Origin: Naegleria gruberi | Taxonomy: Eukaryota | NCBI GenBank assembly: GCA_000004985.1 | Contig: GG738884.1 | DNA: 64,000 bases | Reading direction: 5' to 3' (one strand) | Part shown: positions 10,782 through 21,482 of the stretch, piece by piece | Layout of the letters: each line of letters begins with the position of its first letter | Numbering within the stretch: the stretch's first letter is position 1 | The notes under the pieces: generated by a model | The model's database searches: none | What the model saw: the letters and a program-made list of their open reading frames with translations, nothing else | Told to the model about the DNA's origin: nothing | Made by a program: the position numbers and the translations under genes

Positions 10782-12521
10782 TTAATCAGCTTTAAGAAAA
10801 TTTCTATCCTTAATTTTTTTATAATAACAATAACCAATAATAATTCCTAATATGGTTAATAAAATGATTGAACCAAAAGGTACAACAAGTCCAATAATTA
10901 AATTAGTATAATCAGTATATTCAGGTGGTTGACGATCTTTAAAATCCAAGAAAAGTCTAATATTATTCATTGAATTTAAACCACTCACTTCACCTAAAAT
11001 AAAACCAATTTCTCCATATAAACGTTCACCTGCAAAAAAATCATTTGGTAAACTTGATGGAATAAATGTTGTGACTTGAATTACTTTTTTACCAACATAT
11101 AATTCACCTTCTTTAAGTGGAACATTAAATCTACCTCTCTGATCTCCCAATCTATTGAAATTATAAAATTTTAGAGTAAAATTTTGTGAAATTGGTTGAT
11201 AGAGTGCAAATTGTGGATTTTCATCTTGACTACTCTTAAAGAAATAGGTAAATTTGTTTCTTATGGAACCAACTGTTGTTTTTTGTCCATTTGAAACAAT
11301 TGTAACTGTTGAATTATTTGTTAAATTTGAATTAATAGTTTTCCAATCTGGATCTTCTGCAAAACTACAATTTAATAGAAATGAAAATGGAACTGCTTCT
11401 GAACTTTTATCCATAACATGACATGGAAAATCACCATCTAAACTAATTCCACCATAATGAATTGGTGGTTTTTGACATTGTGGAATTGGTGTTAACATTG
11501 TACTTTTACAATCAAATTTTCTAACATTTTTACAATAATCACCTGTTTTTTCTAATGGACAAATACATGCATAGTGTATTGTAGTATTGGTATAACATTC
11601 CATTGTTGAGTTAACATCATTAATATACTTTTCATATTGATTAAAACTAACAATTGTTCCATTACAAGTATAATAAGGTGTTTCATATTGAACAAATATA
11701 GATCTCTTATCACAATTATTCTTTGGTTTAGTTGAATTGGTTTCTTGAATTCCTCTCTTTAATTCATTCATTTCAAAATTATCATTATCATAATTATTAT
11801 CATTAATATTATTAATATCATTAATATTATCATATTCATTTGAATTAGTATTCATGATGGTATTTTCATTAATAGAATTTTGAATATTATTCAATACATT
11901 ATTTAATTTTGTAATGAAAATATCAGAATTAGAACCTTCCAAAGTATTTTCTTCAACATAAATCTTTCCAAACAAGTATAAATCTAATGATTTTTGTAAA
12001 CTTTCTGGAATATACTTGTTAAATTTAAATTCACCAGGTGAATCAGGATCTTCAACTTGAATTGCTAATTTTTCTAATAAATGATTTAATAAAGGTTTGT
12101 TGAAATTAGAAAATTCTTGTTTAAATAATGAAAATACATTTGTCCATGATTCAAAAGTATGATCCTGATCAAGAATATAATTTGTTGTTGGATCTTGTTT
12201 CGGATACTTTTCAATTAGCCTTTTAATATGATTCATTCGTTGTTCAATTAATTCTGAAGGTACATCCATCAATTTATTAGTAAATGAATTAATAGATGAT
12301 GGTTTTAGTGGTGTTGTTGTTGTAGTAATGGTGGATAGAGTTGATGATGATGGTAATGATAATGAATTTGTTTCATCACCACTGGATAATATAAAAGAGG
12401 AATGAACAAGAATGGTCAATAATAATGTAATGATTGTTAATGATGATGGCGATGACACTCTTCGTCGTAGTAGTAGTGGTATTGAAGAGTGATGGTGTGA
12501 TGAACCTTTGAATAAATACAT
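10782..12521 (-). CDS. Type I transmembrane glycoprotein with an EGF-like Cys-rich module, many N-glycosylation sequons and a single C-terminal TM helix, 579 aa
   Basis: Signal-peptide-like N-terminus, an Asn-rich linker, a Cys-rich segment (ACICPLEKTGDYCKN...), a C-terminal TM (LIIGLVVPFGSIILLTILGIIIGYCYY) and a short basic tail. Confidence 0.55.
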   Translation of the reverse strand: MYLFKGSSHHHSSIPLLLRRRVSSPSSLTIITLLLTILVHSSFILSSGDETNSLSLPSSSTLSTITTTTTPLKPSSINSFTNKLMDVPSELIEQRMNHIKRLIEKYPKQDPTTNYILDQDHTFESWTNVFSLFKQEFSNFNKPLLNHLLEKLAIQVEDPDSPGEFKFNKYIPESLQKSLDLYLFGKIYVEENTLEGSNSDIFITKLNNVLNNIQNSINENTIMNTNSNEYDNINDINNINDNNYDNDNFEMNELKRGIQETNSTKPKNNCDKRSIFVQYETPYYTCNGTIVSFNQYEKYINDVNSTMECYTNTTIHYACICPLEKTGDYCKNVRKFDCKSTMLTPIPQCQKPPIHYGGISLDGDFPCHVMDKSSEAVPFSFLLNCSFAEDPDWKTINSNLTNNSTVTIVSNGQKTTVGSIRNKFTYFFKSSQDENPQFALYQPISQNFTLKFYNFNRLGDQRGRFNVPLKEGELYVGKKVIQVTTFIPSSLPNDFFAGERLYGEIGFILGEVSGLNSMNNIRLFLDFKDRQPPEYTDYTNLIIGLVVPFGSIILLTILGIIIGYCYYKKIKDRNFLKAD

Positions 12522-12845
12522 TTTTTATAATGTTGAGTTTGAAGAGAGTGTGCACTATTATTTGATAAGCGGATTTTAATAGAGTCCGTTCTTCTTCCAT
12601 GTTATTTCTATTTACTCCTCTGTGATTGTGATGAAGATGAATTATTAACTGACTCGGCATTATCTATGCCATCATCACATTACTAAAAATCGTTCCATTT
12701 CTAATATTGAAATTCTCTAAATTATTGTTATCCAATTTTTTCTTCTCATTCCAATCTTCAATTATATTTCCAATCATCATACTGCACATATTCTCATCAT
12801 CAACATCAATTGATTGTGTCACATCATTTAAATAAATTAATAAAT

Positions 12846-13568
12846 TTATTGCTTAGAAGAAGCATCAAAGCCTAATTGTTTCATTCTAACAGCACAATCG
12901 AACAAATAGTGATAAACTTCAGCATGAGTCTTGGCTTCAACCCAATCCTTACCCCAAATATAAACACCGTGTCTCTTAACTAAAACAGCAAAAGTGTTTG
13001 GATACTTTTCTAAGGCTTCCTTCAATGAACCAGCCAATTCATTTTCAAAAGCAGTGTTTTCAATGATTGGAACAACTAATTCATCATAGAAACCATGTCC
13101 ACGAATTCCTTTAATCATTTCCAAATGAGTAACTTTAAATTCCTTATCATAAATTAAAGTAGCTAACATTGCAGATAAAGCATGAGAGTGAATAACAGCA
13201 CCAGCTCCTCTAACATCATAACACAATTGGAAAAGTGGTTGACAAGCAGAAATCTTGAAATTATAACCGTTATCATTTGGTGAATAAACAGTCTTTAAAT
13301 GTTGGCATGATTGAATATCAACAACTTGAACTTCTGGGTCTTGTTCCATAACAAAGATTTGATCTTCTTTAATTCTTTCCTTGTGAATTCCGGAAGGAGC
13401 AATATAAATTTTACCATCTTTTTTCATTGAAATACCACCACCAGTACCACTGACCCATCCTTGAGTATAATAAAGTTTCATCAATTCAACAATAACTTGT
13501 TGAGGAGTATGAGTATCATTTAATTGAGTATGGTCAAAGACTTTAACAGCAGTGGATTGTTGAGACAT
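12846..13568 (-). CDS. mtnB: Methylthioribulose-1-phosphate dehydratase (MtnB/APIP, class II aldolase-adducin fold)
   Basis: ORF matches MtnB throughout: [20 protein letters not shown]...[11 protein letters not shown]...[10 protein letters not shown]...[12 protein letters not shown]. Confidence 0.85.
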
Positions 13569-13852
13569 TTTTCTTCAAGAAATTTTTTTTGTTTTTTTGC
13601 ATTTTCGCTTGAATGCAAATTTTGGGTCGTGCTGGAACAGCGGAGTGCATGAAATGTTCTTGGAAAATTCAAATAATTATTTTCAAGGCAAAGTTTTATG
13701 GAGGAATGATGATGGAGTATTATTAGTAGAATGGGTTTATGTAAATTGAGAGAGTTGAAATTCATTTTTTTATATTTTTTTAAAATATGAAAATCTTAAT
13801 TTAGCAATTAAAATTTTATTTTAACAACAATTCTAATATTAAGAAATAAAAT

Positions 13853-15136
13853 TTATTGGAAAAGTTTCTTTGCTTGTTTAAAAACATAATTAACAGATCC
13901 AAAAGGTGTTCTAATCATATTATTTTGATTCATACCCTTTGCAGTATTAGAAAGTTCACGATCTCTTGTGACAATACAAATCTTTGGTGGATTTTCAATC
14001 TTTGATAAGTTGTTACATAAATGTTCAAGAGTTGAGAGAATGGCCAAATCAGCTGATTGAGGTTGTAAATTGGTTTGTGACATTTGTAAATTATCCAATG
14101 AATTAAACTTTCCAAAAATGGTATTCTGATAGGTATTTCTCAAATTCTTATATTCTGTAATAACTTTCAATGTTTCACTATCTTTTTCATCAATTTTTTC
14201 ATCTTCATCAATAATAAAATTATAACAATCGAATACTTTCTTTGCATCCTCCTTTTTCATTCCCTTCTCATAAATATAACCATTATAGAAACACCACAAA
14301 TACATTTTAGAAATATCTTCAGTTGTAAATCCAATATTTTCTAATTTCTTAAAATCTAAACTTAATTCATCTGTTGCCCAACTATCATAATCAACAAGAA
14401 GAATAACTTTAACTCTAGATGAATCAAAATGTTTCTCAAATCTCTTCAATTCACATTCAACACATCGACATGGCATTACTTTTTCAATATTAAATTCCAT
14501 CCATTTAGAATTCATTGAACCCCAACCTGCCATTTTGTTTTTAATAATATCAACATCTTTGGCTTTTTCCTTCTTCTTCTTTGTCATTGTATGATTTCCA
14601 AATGGATTATTCATTGTATAATTTTCCTTTTTAGTTTTCTTTTCCTGTATAACACTCTTTTTACAAGGGGAGGAAAAGAAATATCCAACAGGATTTTCAC
14701 TCTCATATTCCTTAATATTTTCATTCAATTGTTTCTTGTAGAAATATGAAACTTTGGTAAATTTAGGCTCAACATTTTCGTGAATTTCAACATCATCCAT
14801 TGTACCTTCCTCTTCTAAAACAACATCTTCTTGATCGGAAATGTTATCCTCCATTTCTTCTTGTTGTCTTTTTATTGTTTTTTCCATAGTTTCAATTTGA
14901 CGTTCAAGTTTCTTCTTTGCTTGAATTTCTTTAATCTTTAACTTCATCTTACTTTCCTTTGTAATTTTCTCATCAAATGGAACAATTTCAAATAAAGAAG
15001 ATGATGATTCCTTTTGTTGTTGATTTTCCTTCTTTTCATTGGATTTCTTTTTATGAGACTTCTTTGAGCCTTCTTGTTTCACGCCCAAATTCAATTCCGA
15101 CAATAATGATGTATCATGATGAACATTAATCTTCAT
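13853..15136 (-). CDS. Lys/Glu-rich protein with a C-terminal NYN/PIN-like nuclease-fold domain (tentative), 427 aa
   Basis: Highly charged N-terminal half. The C-terminal half has VKVILLVDYDSWA and KICIVTRDRELSN segments that resemble NYN-domain Asp motifs. The family assignment is uncertain. Confidence 0.4.
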   Translation of the reverse strand: MKINVHHDTSLLSELNLGVKQEGSKKSHKKKSNEKKENQQQKESSSSLFEIVPFDEKITKESKMKLKIKEIQAKKKLERQIETMEKTIKRQQEEMEDNISDQEDVVLEEEGTMDDVEIHENVEPKFTKVSYFYKKQLNENIKEYESENPVGYFFSSPCKKSVIQEKKTKKENYTMNNPFGNHTMTKKKKEKAKDVDIIKNKMAGWGSMNSKWMEFNIEKVMPCRCVECELKRFEKHFDSSRVKVILLVDYDSWATDELSLDFKKLENIGFTTEDISKMYLWCFYNGYIYEKGMKKEDAKKVFDCYNFIIDEDEKIDEKDSETLKVITEYKNLRNTYQNTIFGKFNSLDNLQMSQTNLQPQSADLAILSTLEHLCNNLSKIENPPKICIVTRDRELSNTAKGMNQNNMIRTPFGSVNYVFKQAKKLFQ

Positions 15137-15438
15137 TTTTTTTTAATTTCAAATTTTAATTTAAAAATCTGACATTCAAATATTTGTAGACGATTAAATA
15201 TTTTGCATGTTACAATTCTAGTGGACGGTCGATCTAATGTTTTAATGCTCAGTTGACTAGTGTTATAATTGAGTGTGCATTATTATGTTGTACACGCATT
15301 ATATAAAAAAATTGCCTCCAACATAGCTTCATTATTGAAGACAATCAAAGCCTTCAATAATCATCTTTTCCATCACAATAAGAAAAACAATTTAATATTA
15401 TTCAGTTGTTGTTATAATAATAATTATTTTGAAATCAT

Positions 15439-16563
15439 AATGACTAGGAGAAGAATAACAAGAGGAAGGAATTCAACACCGACCAAACAAGAAATCAATA
15501 CTGATGGTGATGATGACAATATGATACAAACACCAATTGTTACTATTAAAAAGGAAGAATTAACATCTCCAATGGATTTAACTCCAATTCCATCATCATC
15601 ATCATCTGGTAAACAATCAAAATTCTTTAAAACTTCTCCATCCTCTTCAGCTTCATCCTCTCAAGACAATACAAAGAAGGAAGAAGATGAAGATATTGAA
15701 CAAGCAGCTGATAAATTGATTTTATTTAATGAACAATATGAAGCTTTAAAGGAATATAGAAAGAAGAATCTAAATGCACCAGTTGATACGATGGGTTGTT
15801 CAGTTCTAGCTGATTCAAATGCTGATGAAAAAACTCAAAGATTTCAAGTTTTAGTTTCACTCATGTTGAGTTCACAAACTAAGGATCAAATTACAGCAGC
15901 TGCTGTAAGGAAATTACAAGAAAATAATGTTTTATCAGTTGCAGAGATGAACAAATTGTCTGAGAAGGAAATTCAAGATTTAATTTATCCTGTTGGATTT
16001 TACAAAAGAAAGTCAACTTATTTAAAGAAAGTTTGTAAAATATTATTGGAAAAGTATGATAGTGATATTCCTAAAACAGTTAAAGAACTATGTGATTTAC
16101 CAGGTAAGTTTTCTTTGGTTCTCCATTCTCATCTAGTAAACAGGTGTTGGACCTAAAATGGCATATTTATGCATGAGCTCAGCATTGAAACAAACTGTTG
16201 GTATTGGAGTTGATACTCATGTTCATAGAATTAGTAATCGATTGGAATGGGTTAATACTAAAACACCAGAACAAACAAGAATGAAACTGGAAGAATTTGT
16301 ACCACAAGAAGAATGGGATGTTATTAATCACATGTTAGTTGGATTTGGACAAACTGTTTGTAAACCTGTAAGTTTAATTTCTTCATTATATTTCAATATT
16401 TATGAATGTAAAGATTGGTCCAAAATGTAACGAATGTCCACTTAATAAGACATGTGCTTATTTCAAATCAAACAAATCTTCGAAACCATCTCCAAAAAAG
16501 AAGGTTAAAAAACAAGAATACTCATCTGAAGAGGATGAGGAGGAATCAGAAGAAGAACTTTAA
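15439..16563 (+). CDS. NTH1: Endonuclease III homolog (NTH1 base-excision DNA glycosylase). Exons 15439..16103, 16144..16367 and 16414..16563.
   Basis: HhH-GPD motif LPGVGPKMA spans the first intron (GTAAGT..AG, 40 nt). The Fe-S cluster motif CKP|[14 protein letters not shown] spans the second intron (GTAAGT..AG, 46 nt). It has a basic, N-terminal targeting-like extension and an acidic C-terminal tail. Confidence 0.85.
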
Positions 16564-18293
16564 TTGCTCTTTTCTTTTATAGAAAATGTGGATATGCTAA
16601 ATATCTTTAGCCAAGAATAATGTAAACCCACTGCACAGTAGAATGAGACAATCATGAGAGGAAGGAATGGAAGTCTATCAGAGAAAATGAATTGATGAAT
16701 GAGTACTTGATAAATTTCAATAAGAATCAATCCATACAAGAATAATCTTTCGAATGTGGAGAATAATCTTCCACTATTGTTGAATTCTGGTACGGAATAC
16801 CAAATGTGTCTCAAAAATAAAACAAATGATATTAATACTGTCCATCTAATTGGAATTTCCTTAGTTTGGAAAAGTAAGGGGAAGAGTGAGAATGTTCCTA
16901 CAATTGATGTGAATGAAAATACTCTGAACCACTCTCTAGATAATTCCGATGAGGAGAAACAGGTAACCAAGACAGAAAGTGGAATTAAAATGCTTAGGAC
17001 TGCCTTTTCATGAATATGCCATCCGAACATATAAAAAGCATAAACAGAGTGGACAATGGCTAACAAGATTGTCTGAACTCCCTTCTTCTTGGTCTTTCCA
17101 GAAAGTACAATCAGATAAAAACAAACTGAGAATGAAATTCCCAAACAAAGAATGATAGTAATGAGAGGAGTAATACTTGGCAAAATGGTATGGGTACCTT
17201 GATTCAAACCTACTAAACCACCTGTTAAGGAGGCTGTCTTTTCATCAATAGCTACAACCTTGAGTACTTTTCCTAATACTACTGTCAATAATTTGTCCAA
17301 TGTATTGTAAAGAGCCCAAAAGTTTGGAGCCCAATAGGCGTGTGTCAAACCTCTCTCAAATGGGAATAATCTTGACATAATTTGTTGGAATTCACTCTTC
17401 ATACCATCAATTTTGTTATCAAATTGAGAGGAAGAGCTAAGAAGGAATGGTAAAAAGCTAAGTAGAAATACTGAAATTACAGAAATTCCTAATCCAAAGA
17501 TTCTCTTAATAAATGATGTAACTTTTCCATCAGCTAAACAGAAATCAAATAGTAAAAAGAAAAAGTATGCAGGTGCCATATATAAATTCAAGTGTTTCAT
17601 ATTCAACAAAATAGAGTAGAGTATTCCACATCTAATGTAATTTCCTTTCTTCAATTCTACTAATGACAATAATAAAATTCCAAAGAGTATTCCATTATAT
17701 TGAAAATGAATATTATCAATGAATAATAATTCAGGGCAAATATAAAGTAATCCTAATTGTAAATCTTTTCCAATTGATTTGGAATCATTATTTTTGACCC
17801 AAATTAAGCAAGCAATAAAATATATCACATCAGAGATAAATATTACTGTCAATCTTTGAAATAGCAGAAGAGGATATGATTGATAGTTAACTCCCTTCAC
17901 AACGTCACACCATATTGGTTGAGAATTTTCTGTTGTAACATTTGAGTAACTTGTCTCTAATTTCCCCCAAAATGAATTACATCCTAAATAACTAATTAAT
18001 TTTTCAAAAAAGGCAAAAAAAGGAGGATAGTCCAATGTAGCATTATCAGAGTTTGTATCATGATACCACTTGCTTAATGGTAAACTGTTTGTAATGGCCA
18101 TCCAATTTCTATGTACTTCAAAATCTGTACTGCAACTATTTTCATATTTAATTTTCAAATTAAATCCCAAAACCTACTAACTAGGAATTAATAATATTTT
18201 CAGTGCAGTCAGGGAGAGAAAAATCAATATCACCCATCGAACATTCATTCCGATCATCATCTTGGATGAAGTTGGTGAAGGCTGCTGTTGCAT
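16560..18293 (-). CDS. ALG8: Dolichyl-P-Glc:Glc1Man9GlcNAc2-PP-dolichol alpha-1,3-glucosyltransferase (ALG8; ALG6/ALG8 family). Exons 18293..18178 and 18135..16560.
   Basis: The spliced product ...[33 protein letters not shown]...LDYPPFFAFFE is collinear with human ALG8 ([25 protein letters not shown]). The 42-nt GTAGGT..ATAG intron removes an in-frame TAG TAG. Confidence 0.85.
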
Positions 18294-18340
18294 TTTTTTG
18301 ATTTTATTTTTAAAATTGGCGCCAAACAAGTAGAAAAAAA

Positions 18341-21300
18341 ATGCAACAAAAGAAAAGCCTAATCACAGTTGTTAATGAAGAGGAAACTGCAAATTGTGTT
18401 GCGGAAGAACAAGCTAAACAGACAATAATCAATGTTGATGAAGGACAGACATCAAGTGTTAATGAAAATGAAAGAAGTACGAGTAGTAGTGGTAATGTGG
18501 ATAATCCGATAATAGAAGAGGTTTCTTCTTCTACCAATCATCAAGAAGAGGATCATAGTAATATTGAGAATGATTCGGAACAACAAACATCGGAACATAA
18601 ATGTTCGCTTCAACCTCTATTGGATAAAATACGAAAGGAACTCATTAGTACTTCTTCAGATGAAAATTCTTATAATGTAAATAATGTGTGGCATTATGTA
18701 GAGGAAATTGCATATGCTTTGAAAAAGGAAAGTGAAACTCAAGAGGTCTATGCCATTTCTTCCCTTAAAATAGCTGTGGAATTAATAGTTGTTTGGGGAA
18801 TAATACCTCGATTGTTAAAAGGAGTTGGTGTCTCTGTAGTAAAACGAGTAGAATCAATGTCACAACAGACGAAAGTTTCAATTAACAAACAGAGTGAATT
18901 AGCAGAAGATGAAAAGAAAACTGGAGCAGAATTGACAAAACTTGTAAAATGCATAAGAATTTTATACGAAATTTCACAATGGGATGATTTTTACAGAGGC
19001 CTAGTTTTACAAAATTATTTACCAGATATTTATGCAAGTCTTTTTCAAGTACTCTTCTTGTGTACGTCTTTGAAAAAGACTCTTGAACAAAAGTATTCTA
19101 GTAACCTTGCTGAAAAATATGGCTTGGATGAAAAGGATAGATTATTCTGCTCAGAGTTGTTATTCAAATTACTGAATGAAACACATGAGAGCATGGTTGT
19201 CCATAGCTTGATTTTATTAATGTCTCAATCAGCTACACCACAATGGCTAAAAACAAGATGCACCACATGGTTATCCAAAACTATTCAAAGACCTAAAGGT
19301 GTGTTTGGAATAATATCTGTGCTTCTTGACAATGTACCTGAGTCTAGTTTTAGAAGTTACGATAAGGTAGTTGATCTGATAATAACAGTACCTAAAGAAA
19401 TGGAGACAGTGACCTACTTTGGGATTATTTGTCCTCAAATATTGAAATTATTTCATTTAAGAGGAAGAAATAGCAGCCATATATTACGTTCGAGTGCATT
19501 ACTATGTGGTAGGATAATTGAGAAGTATCCTGAAATAGCCAAGAAATTACTTCTTGAACCTGTTCTATCACCATTGAGAAAGTTTGTGGATTTACAAAAA
19601 TCATTAGACAAAAAATTCGAGGAAGACAAGATCAAATCAGATTCAGACAAATCACTCTTGTTTTTAGAGGATGAACTGCCCTCAAATTACAAGGAAGAAT
19701 TACTTTGCAATGAAAATGATTTAGGACAATGTGTGGAAGATATTCACAGACTCTTGTTTGGTAATTCACCAAATAGTGTAATATTTAATTCTATAACGCC
19801 AGTGATACCTGCTCTTTTCCAATTATATTGCTTTGTAAGCAAAACTAAACTAAATTTGAAATCTGCCTGTGAGGAAATAATGACAAGCTACTTTAAACTG
19901 AGTGATGATGCACTGGCAGTTACTAAGAGACTATTAATATTTGATAGGAAACTTACAACTAAAAGCTTTTTAATATTTGCTCCTGGAGAATCAGGAGGTG
20001 TATGTATGAAACGAGTATCAGAAACAAAGAGAGATTACCTTTGGGAAGCAACATGTATGATTAATTTATTCAAACTAATGAAGAATCATACTGTAGCTGG
20101 TGATTTGTTTGTTCACTTGATTTCACAATATAGTGCTATGAGGCAACATATGAGTGAATTAACACTCAAAGAATTGGAGCAAAATCCTGAAAATCCTATT
20201 ATTTATGAACAATATATACCTGAGAATAGTATAATTCTCTTACAAGTTATTCAGCTTTTAATTACTGAAATGGGATCCTCAATCATGAAAAATACTTCCC
20301 AAGCTATTGCTTTTGTTAAATTTTTATTGTTAAACAATGAGAATAATCAATCAGAGGATGCCCTAGAATCAGTTGTTATGGCACTAGGTATTTTATCTGC
20401 CATTTTATGTGGTGGTATTTCAGTTAACACAATTCAAGACGAAGAAAAATTAGAGGATTTGAAACCTATTTTAAATAGATATAAATCACACGAGCAACAA
20501 CAAATTTCTGAGATGGCATCAACTGCCCTTCTAAGTATTGATACTAAGCAATACAGAGAAGTGCATGGTAATATAGAGGAAATATCAGAAGATGAGAAAA
20601 TTAAAATGAAATTCGATCAAATTTTACAAGACTTGAGAGATCCACTTCTCCCAATTAGAGCTCATGGTGTCATTTCTTTGAAAGATTTAGTTTTGGAACA
20701 GAAAAAGAATGCAATTATTCAGAAACAATTACAAAATATTTTCCATATTTTGCAAGCTCAGCTGAAGGACGAAGATACATATGTCTACTATGGAGCTATA
20801 GCTGGTCTATCAGCATTGGGAGATGTTTATCCAGATGAAATTATTCCAATTTTGACGGATACTTATCAAGATAAGAAACAACAAGTTGAACAAAGATTGA
20901 AAATTGGAGAATCTCTTTTGGAAATAGCTGAAAGGTGTGGACAATTACTCCCTAAATATGCTCACTTCTTTGTTTACTGCTTTTTGAATAGTGGTAAAGA
21001 AACAAGTCAAGATCTAGAATTAGTCAGAGCAAGTTCTCTATCTAATATGGCTACTTTAGTCCAAATTCTCAAATTTGGTGTTCATCCATTCCTTCAAGAT
21101 ATTATGGATTGTGCATCCTACATTTTAAAGTTTGACTCTAGTGAGCAAGTAAGACGAGCTGCTGTTTTCATTTATCACTCATTCACAAAGACATTCAAAA
21201 CTGATTTAAGTGAAATTTTGGATGGTAAAAATCTCAATCATTTCAAACAATCCTTGGAAAGAAGCGCCTTTTATGACAAGGATGAAATTGTTAGGATTAA

Positions 21301-21424
21301 CGCAAAGAGTGTACTAAGTGAGGTAGATGATAATGATACTGAACTCTTAACTCCACAAACCTACATTCCAGAGGCAAGTAAGGGACATTTCCTGAATACC
21401 TTCCTCAAATTCACAAATAACTAG
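18341..21424 (+). CDS. Large HEAT/ARM-repeat protein, 1027 aa, tentatively TANGO6/Rtp1-like
   Basis: Single uninterrupted ORF, helical-repeat throughout. The family assignment is a guess from length and architecture only. Confidence 0.4.
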   Translation: MQQKKSLITVVNEEETANCVAEEQAKQTIINVDEGQTSSVNENERSTSSSGNVDNPIIEEVSSSTNHQEEDHSNIENDSEQQTSEHKCSLQPLLDKIRKELISTSSDENSYNVNNVWHYVEEIAYALKKESETQEVYAISSLKIAVELIVVWGIIPRLLKGVGVSVVKRVESMSQQTKVSINKQSELAEDEKKTGAELTKLVKCIRILYEISQWDDFYRGLVLQNYLPDIYASLFQVLFLCTSLKKTLEQKYSSNLAEKYGLDEKDRLFCSELLFKLLNETHESMVVHSLILLMSQSATPQWLKTRCTTWLSKTIQRPKGVFGIISVLLDNVPESSFRSYDKVVDLIITVPKEMETVTYFGIICPQILKLFHLRGRNSSHILRSSALLCGRIIEKYPEIAKKLLLEPVLSPLRKFVDLQKSLDKKFEEDKIKSDSDKSLLFLEDELPSNYKEELLCNENDLGQCVEDIHRLLFGNSPNSVIFNSITPVIPALFQLYCFVSKTKLNLKSACEEIMTSYFKLSDDALAVTKRLLIFDRKLTTKSFLIFAPGESGGVCMKRVSETKRDYLWEATCMINLFKLMKNHTVAGDLFVHLISQYSAMRQHMSELTLKELEQNPENPIIYEQYIPENSIILLQVIQLLITEMGSSIMKNTSQAIAFVKFLLLNNENNQSEDALESVVMALGILSAILCGGISVNTIQDEEKLEDLKPILNRYKSHEQQQISEMASTALLSIDTKQYREVHGNIEEISEDEKIKMKFDQILQDLRDPLLPIRAHGVISLKDLVLEQKKNAIIQKQLQNIFHILQAQLKDEDTYVYYGAIAGLSALGDVYPDEIIPILTDTYQDKKQQVEQRLKIGESLLEIAERCGQLLPKYAHFFVYCFLNSGKETSQDLELVRASSLSNMATLVQILKFGVHPFLQDIMDCASYILKFDSSEQVRRAAVFIYHSFTKTFKTDLSEILDGKNLNHFKQSLERSAFYDKDEIVRINAKSVLSEVDDNDTELLTPQTYIPEASKGHFLNTFLKFTNN

Positions 21425-21482
21425 ATCATGGATAAAATCTTAGAAATTACAGCACAAGTTTTTATTGTACAATTGCCACAAG

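Noticed and set aside
13520-13765. 81-aa minus ORF upstream of MtnB and other small ORFs in intergenic DNA (8307..8534, 24007..24488 as independent genes, 49336..49536, 61273..61455)
   Set aside because: They are either exons already incorporated into neighbouring gene models (RasGAP 5' exons) or homopolymer-rich spacer without coding signal.
18174-18179. In-frame TAG TAG inside ALG8, which looked like a pseudogene lesion
   Set aside because: A 42-nt GTAGGT..ATAG phase-2 intron (18136..18177) removes it. The removal yields ...[17 protein letters not shown], which is collinear with human ALG8.
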